Shown: piece after piece, positions 11,880 to 19,023 of the stretch
Layout of the letters: every line of letters starts with the position of its first letter
Position numbering within the stretch: the first letter of the stretch is position 1
Notes under the pieces: model-generated
The model's input: only the letters and a program-made list of their open reading frames with translations
Told to the model about the DNA's origin: nothing
The model's database searches: none
Translations under genes and position numbers: made by a program
Assembly: GCA_902592715.1 (NCBI GenBank)
Contig: CACJFS010000005.1
Coordinates: forward strand, 10,489-74,488
Direction of reading: 5' to 3'
Source: an uncultured Pelagibacteraceae bacterium
Lineage (GTDB): Bacteria > Pseudomonadota > Alphaproteobacteria > Pelagibacterales > Pelagibacteraceae
Length of the DNA: 64,000 bases

Positions 11880-12114
11880 TAACTACTGTCATATATACTA
11901 ATGTAATGGTTTAAAAATTAATTGTAAACTATTGTATTTATTATTTTTATTAGTTTTAAGTTTTATAAAAATTATTTTAATGATAAATAAATTATCAAGA
12001 TTTATTAGAATAAAAATAAATATATAACTAAATTACTTAGCCAGATCTAAAGCTAGATTAGATAGATAATTTTAATATCTATAAAAGACTATTTTACTTG
12101 ATTTTATATAAAAG

Positions 12115-12122
12115 GGGTAGGG
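12115..12122 (+). other. KOPS-like octamer GGGTAGGG pointing rightward
   Basis: Exact GGGNAGGG match in non-coding, very AT-rich DNA. Confidence 0.55.
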
Positions 12123-12160
12123 ATCAAAAACAAATTATTCATTTAAATATCCAAATCTCT

Positions 12161-12190
12161 TTGATTTACATGAATCTTTCAACATAAGCT
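12161..12190 (+). promoter_or_regulatory. Putative sigma70 promoter for the candidate rod-like RNA
   Basis: TTGATT (12161-66), N18, TAAGCT (12185-90); would start about 12197, where the fold begins. Confidence 0.3.
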
Positions 12191-12196
12191 CATAAA

Positions 12197-12395
12197 CTTG
12201 AGTAAAAAATTAGCTTCACTATTTACTGAAATGCAAAAATATTATTAAGCTTTGCAAATTTCGAATATACCTTTTAATCGCCTATAAGGGGGTCTATTTT
12301 AAGTATTAGTTAATTTATAGTGCAACTTATAGGTGATTTATAAAAATATGAGCTATATATTGTATTTCTGCATAAAAGAGTTGATATTACTTGCT
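12197..12395 (+). ncRNA. Candidate rod-shaped ncRNA (6S RNA-like architecture)
   Basis: Nested helices 12199-205/12387-393, 12209-216/12378-385, 12231-242/12362-373, 12248-252/12350-354 and 12276-288/12326-338, with internal bubbles; mismatches are mostly G-U on the + strand. Confidence 0.4.
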
Positions 12396-12396
12396 A

Positions 12397-12672
12397 TTAA
12401 AGCAAAATTCCTTCTGAAATAAGTAGTTTTCTTTTTTTTTTAATACCTCCCAAACCAGAATAACCGCCTAATGACCCATTTGACCTTATAACTCTATGGC
12501 ATGGAATCTTTGGAGCATATGGATTTTTACCTATTGCATTTGCCACAGCTCTAACTGCTTTTGGCCTATTTATAGCTTTTGCTACATCAGAGTAAGACCT
12601 AACTTGTCCCCTAGGGATTGTTTTGAGGTATTTCCAAACTTTAACTTGAAATTTAGTTCCTTTTAGAATCAT
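12397..12672 (-). CDS. ogt: Methylated-DNA-protein-cysteine methyltransferase (MGMT), C-terminal domain only
   Basis: GTKFQ.KVW, IP.GQV.SY, RAVANA, active-site PCHRV; true start is ATG 12672 (the track's extension runs through the ncRNA). Confidence 0.92.
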   Translation of the reverse strand: MILKGTKFQVKVWKYLKTIPRGQVRSYSDVAKAINRPKAVRAVANAIGKNPYAPKIPCHRVIRSNGSLGGYSGLGGIKKKRKLLISEGILL

Positions 12673-12725
12673 AAAAAAAACCCTGTTTCCTTGCACCTTT
12701 TCAGGTACAAAGAACAGTAGTTTTT
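12673..12725 (-). terminator. Rho-independent terminator hairpin at the 3' end of the structured RNA
   Basis: CTGTTCTTTGTACCT-GAAA-AGGTGCAAGGAAACAG followed by GG and T8. Confidence 0.75.
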
Positions 12726-12862
12726 GGCACGTCGTTTTATGCGCTACCGCCATGCCGTTCACTCTACAATTTTAGCGCTACTCTGTAGAGCTTTCTGCCC
12801 TCTGGGCTTGAACCTCTCGGTTTTTCCCCAGCTGGTCAGTTAAGAGTTGCCTCTTAATTCAT
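12673..12862 (-). ncRNA. Highly structured ~190-nt RNA upstream of ogt (probably the marine psRNA2-type SAR11 small RNA; recalled, not verified)
   Basis: GC-rich island with five helical domains, GNRA loops GCAA, GAGA and GAAA, twin loops sharing GUAGCGC...UAAAA, and a terminal U8. Confidence 0.8.
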
Positions 12863-12964
12863 TTAGTACAATATCAGATAGGGTAGGTTGTATGTATCAC
12901 TTTATCGTTGAATATACTGAGTTTTTAACAGGGATGAATAGTGGGGATAACTTAATCTAAAGCT

Positions 12965-13438
12965 TTAAGTAAACCATCTAAAACCCTCATACATTGCAAT
13001 TCCATAAATAGAGTGTCTAGTAAAAAACATAATTGACGTTTTAATGGGTATTCCAGTCTTATTTGCAAACACTCCTTGTCCTGTAAATGGTAAAAATATC
13101 AATAATGGAGCTAAAGTTGTAAGAGCTCCAAATATAAAGCCTGAATAATAACTCATTTTTAGACCTATAATAAAAAAACAAAAATAATAAATAACGGACC
13201 AACAAATTGATACATAATAGTGAAAAACCCATCCAAGTAAGACCTCATATTTAAAATTAGGCATTTTGGCGATATTTGGGTTATAAAAAGTAGCATTTTT
13301 AAGCATATAATAAGTCCATCTTCCAACAATTCCCCAAGACGGTTCTGGAATACCGATTAATTTTAGTAAATAACCAAGAATATCAAGAATTATGCATGAA
13401 AATGTCCCAGCAACTAAAATACTAATAATATCTATCAA
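12965..13438 (-). CDS. DUF2938-like membrane protein
   Basis: W..VGRW, LGW..HY, P.TG.G, H..YG motifs; TTG start with upstream GAGG. Confidence 0.72.
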   Translation of the reverse strand: MIDIISILVAGTFSCIILDILGYLLKLIGIPEPSWGIVGRWTYYMLKNATFYNPNIAKMPNFKYEVLLGWVFHYYVSICWSVIYYFCFFIIGLKMSYYSGFIFGALTTLAPLLIFLPFTGQGVFANKTGIPIKTSIMFFTRHSIYGIAMYEGFRWFT

Positions 13439-13444
13439 TTAACC

Positions 13445-13609
13445 TCAAAACATTAATAAAAATAGAAGAACAAAAATACTTATAAAAAATATGCCAAAAA
13501 TAATCATTAAAATACGATTTTTTGTTTGTTCTTTTAATTTTGGCCAGTAATTCATAATTAGAAATGTTCCAATAACTACAACAAGACCGATTAATACATA
13601 TTTAGGCAT
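13445..13609 (-). CDS. Small two-TM hypothetical protein, 54 aa (not in the ORF track)
   Basis: MPKYVLIGLVVVIGTFLIMNYWPKLKEQTKNRILMIIFGIFFISIFVLLFLLMF*; AAAGGA RBS; stop 6 nt before the DUF2938 start. Confidence 0.7.
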   Translation of the reverse strand: MPKYVLIGLVVVIGTFLIMNYWPKLKEQTKNRILMIIFGIFFISIFVLLFLLMF

Positions 13610-13632
13610 TAAGATCCTTTTACATTAAATGC

Positions 13633-13661
13633 TTGACTTGTAAAATGTGTTATATTATAAT
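13633..13661 (+). promoter_or_regulatory. Near-consensus sigma70 promoter of the recombinase
   Basis: TTGACT (13633-38), N17, TATAAT (13656-61). Confidence 0.75.
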
Positions 13662-13690
13662 TTCCGATAATTAATGGTTATCGGTAATTA
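13658..13690. other. loxP/dif-like tyrosine recombinase core site, 13-7-13
   Basis: TAATTTCCGATAA-TTAATGG-TTATCGGTAATTA; arms are a 12/13 inverted match with an asymmetric spacer; ends 2 nt before the recombinase ATG. Confidence 0.72.
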
Positions 13691-13692
13691 AT

Positions 13693-14610
13693 ATGAAAAA
13701 TATTATTAGTGATATTAAATCACTTGAACTAGAAACAATTAAAAACTTAAAAAACTCTAAAGCAAAAAATACAGTTCGAGCATACGAGTCAGATTTTAAG
13801 GACTTTGCTTTGTTTTGTCTGAAAAATGGACTTAATTCACTTCCAACTGAACCTAAGATATTATCTTTATATTTAACTCACCTATCAAAAAAAAGTAAAT
13901 TTAGTACATTAAAAAGAAGAATAGCTTCAATCAAAGTTGTGCATAAAATGAAAGGTTATTATTTGGATTCAAAACATCCTATAATAATGGAAAATCTGTT
14001 AGGTATAAAACGGGTAAATGGATCATATCAGAAATCAAAAAAACCTATATTAATCAATAATTTAAAGCTTATAATTAAAGCTATAGATGATAATGAAAAG
14101 AAAGAATTTAAACGAATAAGGAATAAATCTCTAATACTATTAGGGTTTTCTGGGGGGTTTAGGAGATCTGAATTAGTTAATATTGAGTATGATGACCTAG
14201 AATTTGTAAATGAGGGTCTTAAAATTTTTATTAAAAGATCTAAAACAGATCAATCAGGCGAAGGTAGTCTAAAAGCAATACCCTACTTCGAAAATTTAGA
14301 ATTTTGTCCAGTAATAAAACTTAAAGACTGGATTAATTTTAATAATATTAAAATAGGAAAAATTTTTGAAATTTCGGATAAGTCAGTCTCACTCATAATT
14401 AAAAAATATGCTTTTCTGGCAGGTTTAGATCCAACAAAATATGGTGGACATAGTTTAAGATCAGGATTTGCGACATCTGCTGCAGAAGCTGGTGCTGAAG
14501 AAAGGAACATTATGGCTATGACAGGCCATAAAACAACACAAATGGTAAGAAGATATATTAATGAGGCAAATTTATTTAAAAATAACGCATTAAATAAAAT
14601 TAAGTTTTAA
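13693..14610 (+). CDS. Cre-like tyrosine site-specific recombinase
   Basis: Catalytic set intact: GFRRSEL (R), RSKTDQ (K), GHSLRSG (HxxR), TGH (H), RRY (Y); Cre-like N-domain (NTVRAY, LPTEP...YLTHL, STLKRRIASI..HK..G). Confidence 0.93.
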   Translation: MKNIISDIKSLELETIKNLKNSKAKNTVRAYESDFKDFALFCLKNGLNSLPTEPKILSLYLTHLSKKSKFSTLKRRIASIKVVHKMKGYYLDSKHPIIMENLLGIKRVNGSYQKSKKPILINNLKLIIKAIDDNEKKEFKRIRNKSLILLGFSGGFRRSELVNIEYDDLEFVNEGLKIFIKRSKTDQSGEGSLKAIPYFENLEFCPVIKLKDWINFNNIKIGKIFEISDKSVSLIIKKYAFLAGLDPTKYGGHSLRSGFATSAAEAGAEERNIMAMTGHKTTQMVRRYINEANLFKNNALNKIKF

Positions 14611-14688
14611 TAAAATTCGACAAATAATGATCATCATCAATCGATAATATATATATAAAATTTAATTTAGATAAAAAATTAACTTAAA

Positions 14689-15573
14689 TCATAATAAATT
14701 GTAAATATCTTTAGAAAGTTCATCAAAATTCTTTCTAAATACATAGTTATAATTTCTAAAATGTGAAGTCCAAACACTATAATCATATGATTTATCTATT
14801 ATATCTATTTGAGATATATTTTTTGAAGCAGCTATATGTGAAATTGATCCATGACAAGAAATTAATAATTTTGAATTAAAGACTATTTTTTCAAGTTCGA
14901 AAAAACTTTGATTTAATAAAATTTCCACGTTTTTAAAATAGTCAGACAAGGTAAGTTTTATTAATTTCATAGGAGTATGACTTCCTGTCGTAATAATTAT
15001 TTTTAATTCAAGCTTTTCTTCTAATTGTTTAATAAAGTTTATTAATTCATCTAAATTAGGTTCAATATTCATATAATTAGAAATATATGTTTTGTTTGAC
15101 CATTTTTCATCATAATGAAAAACAATATATTTCCCCTTTGAATTATCCAATAAATTATTTTTAATATCTAAAATATTCAAATTATTTTCAGAATAATTAA
15201 AACCAATCTCAGTAATAATATTTTTAATAATATCAATTTTTGTTTTTTGCTTATTTTTATCAATTAAAATTGTCTTTTTTTTTCTAATCAGAAAATTTAA
15301 GATTTTAGATCTATCCTTATCATCATGAATTATCGAATAATCAAATTTTTTTTTAAATAACTTTAAAAAATTAAAAAAATAAGAAAGTAAATTTTTTTTA
15401 TAAATAATAACTTGATCAATCCCCTTATATCTAGATATATAATCGTAGTTTTTTTTTGAACAAACAATTGTAATAGAACTATTTGGATCATTAGATCTAA
15501 TATTTTTAATTAGTATGCAGGTAAGCAGAAAATCACCAATACGATCAGTTCTGAAAATAAGATAATTCTTCAT
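14689..15573 (-). CDS. GT9/heptosyltransferase-like glycosyltransferase
   Basis: LIFRTDRIGDFLL N-terminus; ISCHGS.SHIAA. Confidence 0.7.
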   Translation of the reverse strand: MKNYLIFRTDRIGDFLLTCILIKNIRSNDPNSSITIVCSKKNYDYISRYKGIDQVIIYKKNLLSYFFNFLKLFKKKFDYSIIHDDKDRSKILNFLIRKKKTILIDKNKQKTKIDIIKNIITEIGFNYSENNLNILDIKNNLLDNSKGKYIVFHYDEKWSNKTYISNYMNIEPNLDELINFIKQLEEKLELKIIITTGSHTPMKLIKLTLSDYFKNVEILLNQSFFELEKIVFNSKLLISCHGSISHIAASKNISQIDIIDKSYDYSVWTSHFRNYNYVFRKNFDELSKDIYNLL

Positions 15574-16472
15574 TAGCTAAAGTATTTTAAGGCAAAAAAG
15601 ACTGTTATTGGAACTGTAATTAATGACATTAAAGTTGAAACAACTATTGTACTAGATATATTATCGACTATCTCTTTAGGTGAATACATAGAAGCAACCA
15701 GATAACAAAGAATTGCACTTGGCATTGATGATTGAATTAAAAGAACTCCAGCAGCAAAACCCGACAGATCAAAAAATAATATTAAGGCAAATCCAATTAA
15801 TGGACCTATAATAACTCTTCCAGTAGATGTAATTAAAGCATCCTTAAATGAAAAAACCTTCATTTGAGTTAATGAGACACCTAAAGACATTAAAATCATG
15901 ACAATCATTCCATAAGCTAGAAGCATGACAGTATTTAAAATAAATATTGGTAATGGTATTTCGTAATAAAGAAAAATGATTGTTGTAATTATTGCATAAA
16001 ATGAGGGACTTTTGATTATAACTTTTAAATCGAATTCACGTTTTGCTAAAAAAATATTTAAAGTAAAATGAAGAAGCACAACTAATGAAGATATAGCTGC
16101 CGCCACACCCATGCCTAATTTACCATATGCAAACAAGCATATTGGAATACCCATATTACCTGTATTAGGTAAGAAAAATGTTGGTAACTCCCTTAGGTAG
16201 TCTTTTTTCATCAAAATCAAAAAAAATAAGCCAACAATTAAAAAAGAGGATAATAGGATTACTGCATATAAGAAATACTCAGAAAACATTGCGAAAGTTA
16301 CACCACTTGCCGATATTGAAAAGATTACTATTGATGGAGTACCAAAATTAGCTGAATAAGTAGTTATAAAAGAAGTATCAAAATTTGGATTTTTTTTTCC
16401 AAGAAAATATCCAATCCCAACAATAATGAAAACTGGAAAAAGAACTTCAAATAGTTTTATATAAAGTTCCAT
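15573..16472 (-). CDS. AEC (auxin efflux carrier) family transporter
   Basis: PNTGNMGIP, MPSA, multi-TM. Confidence 0.85.
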   Translation of the reverse strand: MELYIKLFEVLFPVFIIVGIGYFLGKKNPNFDTSFITTYSANFGTPSIVIFSISASGVTFAMFSEYFLYAVILLSSFLIVGLFFLILMKKDYLRELPTFFLPNTGNMGIPICLFAYGKLGMGVAAAISSLVVLLHFTLNIFLAKREFDLKVIIKSPSFYAIITTIIFLYYEIPLPIFILNTVMLLAYGMIVMILMSLGVSLTQMKVFSFKDALITSTGRVIIGPLIGFALILFFDLSGFAAGVLLIQSSMPSAILCYLVASMYSPKEIVDNISSTIVVSTLMSLITVPITVFFALKYFS

Positions 16473-17761
16473 TAAAATAATCGAATAAGAACTGGATTTT
16501 TAATAATGTTTTTATTTGATTTAAAAGATTTAATGCATCTTTGAGCGTCTAATTCATTGGCATTATGAGTAATTAGAACAATCGTAGCTGTCTTACTTTT
16601 ATTTTCGGGTAATTGTATTAATCTTTGAATTGAAATTTTATATTTTGCCAAAATCTTAGTTATAGAAGAGAGAACACCAGGTTTATCCTTAACTTTCAAT
16701 CTAACATAAAGAGAATTTGATGATTGAGCTTTATTAAATATTTTAGGCTTTAATCTTTTATTTTTAGATATACCAAAAGGATATTTTATATTTCCTCTTA
16801 ATATAGATAAAAGATCAGACATTAATGCAGAGGAGGTTGGCCCTGGTCCAGCACCCTCCCCTTGTAATACAGACTCTCCTATAGGAGAACCATTTAATAT
16901 TACAGCATTCATTACTCCTCCAACATTTCCTATGTAAGAGTCTTTTTTAACCAAACATGGATGAACTCTTTCAAAAATTCTATTATTTATAATTTCAGTA
17001 ATACCTAATAATTTTATTCTAAAATCTAACTGGTCAGCAATTTTAATGTCTGTATAATCAATATTTTCAATACCTTCCATTAGACAGTTAGATTTAGAAA
17101 TACGCTTATTGAAAGCTAATGATGTCAAAATTTTAATTTTAGCCAATGCATCATAACCATTAAGATCTAATTTTGGGTTTCCAGGTTCAGCATAGCCAAG
17201 TTTCTGTGCCATCTTCAGAACATTTTTAAAACTATCTTTAGTTTTTTCCATTTCTGACATGATATAATTACATGTACCATTAAGAATACCATAAACTTTT
17301 GTAATTTTATTTGTAGCTAAACCCTCTTTAATTGTTCGTATAATTGGAATTCCGCCTGCAACAGATGCTTCAAATTCAAGATTTACTTTATTTTTTTCTG
17401 CTAATTCACCTAATTTATCACCATGCTTAGAAATTAATGCTTTATTAGGTGTTATTACATGAATCTTATTTTTAAGAGCTATCTCAATAATTTTTTTTGA
17501 TATACCATCTGATAAACCTATTGCTTCAATTACTATATCTAGGTTTTTAATCTTTAAAATATTTAGGGGATTTGAATAAAAAATTTTCTTATTAATTTCA
17601 AATTTTCTTTTCTTATTTTTATTCTTAGCCGATATAGCTATAATTTTAATTCTCTTTCCAGTTTTAGTTTCAATATCTTTTTTTTTTGTATTTAACTCAT
17701 TTAGGACGTAAGAACCAATTTGACCAAGACCTATAACAGCAATATTTACATTATTTTTCAT
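16472..17761 (-). CDS. hom: Homoserine dehydrogenase with C-terminal ACT domain
   Basis: GLGQIG, FEASVAGGIP, GILNGTCNY, GAGPGPTSSA, DKPGVL. Confidence 0.96.
   Translation of the reverse strand: MKNNVNIAVIGLGQIGSYVLNELNTKKKDIETKTGKRIKIIAISAKNKNKKRKFEINKKIFYSNPLNILKIKNLDIVIEAIGLSDGISKKIIEIALKNKIHVITPNKALISKHGDKLGELAEKNKVNLEFEASVAGGIPIIRTIKEGLATNKITKVYGILNGTCNYIMSEMEKTKDSFKNVLKMAQKLGYAEPGNPKLDLNGYDALAKIKILTSLAFNKRISKSNCLMEGIENIDYTDIKIADQLDFRIKLLGITEIINNRIFERVHPCLVKKDSYIGNVGGVMNAVILNGSPIGESVLQGEGAGPGPTSSALMSDLLSILRGNIKYPFGISKNKRLKPKIFNKAQSSNSLYVRLKVKDKPGVLSSITKILAKYKISIQRLIQLPENKSKTATIVLITHNANELDAQRCIKSFKSNKNIIKNPVLIRLF
16854..16861 (-). other. KOPS-like octamer GGGGAGGG pointing leftward
   Basis: + strand CCCTCCCC inside hom. 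Confidence 0.45.
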
Positions 17762-17765
17762 TAAA

Positions 17766-17972
17766 TTAATCTAATTTAGGAAAATCGCTAATTTTACCAT
17801 ATTTAATAACATTTTTTTTAAATTCGTCAAAAGATGTTTCATTTTCAAAGTTTAATTTTGAAATATCATTGTTTGTACCACCATCATCAATATTCCACAT
17901 GGAAACAGGATGATTTAGTGAGCAATGCGATAATGAAAATATTAATAGAATTATAAAAATATATTTAAACAT
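17766..17972 (-). CDS. Small putative lipoprotein
   Basis: Hydrophobic signal ending in LSHC; translationally coupled to argC. Confidence 0.6.
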   Translation of the reverse strand: MFKYIFIILLIFSLSHCSLNHPVSMWNIDDGGTNNDISKLNFENETSFDEFKKNVIKYGKISDFPKLD

Positions 17973-18990
17973 TCAGACCTTCACTCTCATTAAAGCCATA
18001 ATAATTATTCATATTTTGTACAGCTTGACCCCCACCACCTTTAATCAAATTATCAATTACAGATAATATTATTATTTTATCTTTATATTTGCTATTGCAT
18101 ACAGAAATTATGCAATTATTGGTATTGATCACATCATTAGTGCTTAAGTATGTTTTTTTTTTACTAATTTTAATAAATTTATGATTCTTGTATTGAGCAT
18201 TTAGAACTTTAATAACCTTGTTAATGTTAATGTCTTTCTTTAAATCAACATAGATAGTACTTAAGATTCCCCTAAACATTGGAGTTAGATGAGGTGTAAA
18301 ATGAAATTTATTTTTTTTACCAGTCTTTAAATCTAGCTCTTGTTGAATTTCAGAATTATGTCTATGATTTGCTAATCCATAAGCGCTCAATGACTCATAT
18401 AAATTTTTATCTTTATATTTTTTATGCACACCTCTACCTGCACCCGAATAACCAGATTTCGAGTCAATAATAATTGTTTGATTATTAATTAAGTTTTTTT
18501 TAATTAATGGAATTAATGGAATTAAGATAGATGTGGGGTAGCAGCCAGGACATGAGACTATTGGAAATTTTTTAATTAATTGACCAGTAATTTCAGGTAT
18601 AGAATAAATACTTTTGTTGATTTGATTTAATGCTTTGTGTTTAATTTTATACCATTTTTCATAATCTTTTTTATTATTAAGCCTAAAATCAGCTGCTAGA
18701 TCTATTAGTAAATTATTCTTATTTAAAAATTTTGAAATAGATTGTGCCTCACCATTTGGTAATGCTGTAAATATTATATCCACATTTAGTAAATATTCTT
18801 TTTTAAATTTTGTTATTTTTGGTAATTTATATTTTTTTAATTCTTTTTCATAGGAGTCAATTTTTTTTCCAATAGAAGTACTTCCACATAAATATTTAAT
18901 ATCTATTTTTTTATGTTTACATAAAAGTTTAGTTAGTTGTAATCCTATATATCCAGTAGCACCATATATAAGAACATTTTTCTTGCCCAT
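17965..18990 (-). CDS. argC: N-acetyl-gamma-glutamyl-phosphate reductase
   Basis: GATGYIG, DLAADFR, PGCYPT, SGYSGAGR, HRH, DNLIKG. Confidence 0.96.
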   Translation of the reverse strand: MGKKNVLIYGATGYIGLQLTKLLCKHKKIDIKYLCGSTSIGKKIDSYEKELKKYKLPKITKFKKEYLLNVDIIFTALPNGEAQSISKFLNKNNLLIDLAADFRLNNKKDYEKWYKIKHKALNQINKSIYSIPEITGQLIKKFPIVSCPGCYPTSILIPLIPLIKKNLINNQTIIIDSKSGYSGAGRGVHKKYKDKNLYESLSAYGLANHRHNSEIQQELDLKTGKKNKFHFTPHLTPMFRGILSTIYVDLKKDININKVIKVLNAQYKNHKFIKISKKKTYLSTNDVINTNNCIISVCNSKYKDKIIILSVIDNLIKGGGGQAVQNMNNYYGFNESEGLNV

Positions 18991-19023
18991 AAATTAATAT
19001 AACAGTTGAAATTTAAAAAGGAA

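Noticed and set aside
11981-11997. TGATAA-N5-TTATCA as a Fur box or second lox-like site
   Set aside because: Spacing fits neither the 7-1-7 Fur dyad nor the 7-bp spacer; arms are short and AT-rich
12299-12313. TTAA-N7-TTAA CtrA-box match
   Set aside because: Expected by chance at this AT content, and it lies in the terminal loop region of the candidate RNA
12673-12762. 30-aa N-terminal extension of the MGMT ORF
   Set aside because: Runs through the structured RNA and terminator; family similarity begins at ATG 12672
13693-14610. Recombinase as a prophage or genomic-island integrase
   Set aside because: No phage or mobility genes, no adjacent tRNA, no flanking direct repeats seen; neighbours are ordinary chromosomal genes
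11880-14689. Canonical XerCD dif site (11-6-11 with TTATGTTAAAT arm)
   Set aside because: No convincing match by eye; the only recombinase-type dyad is the symmetric 13-7-13 site
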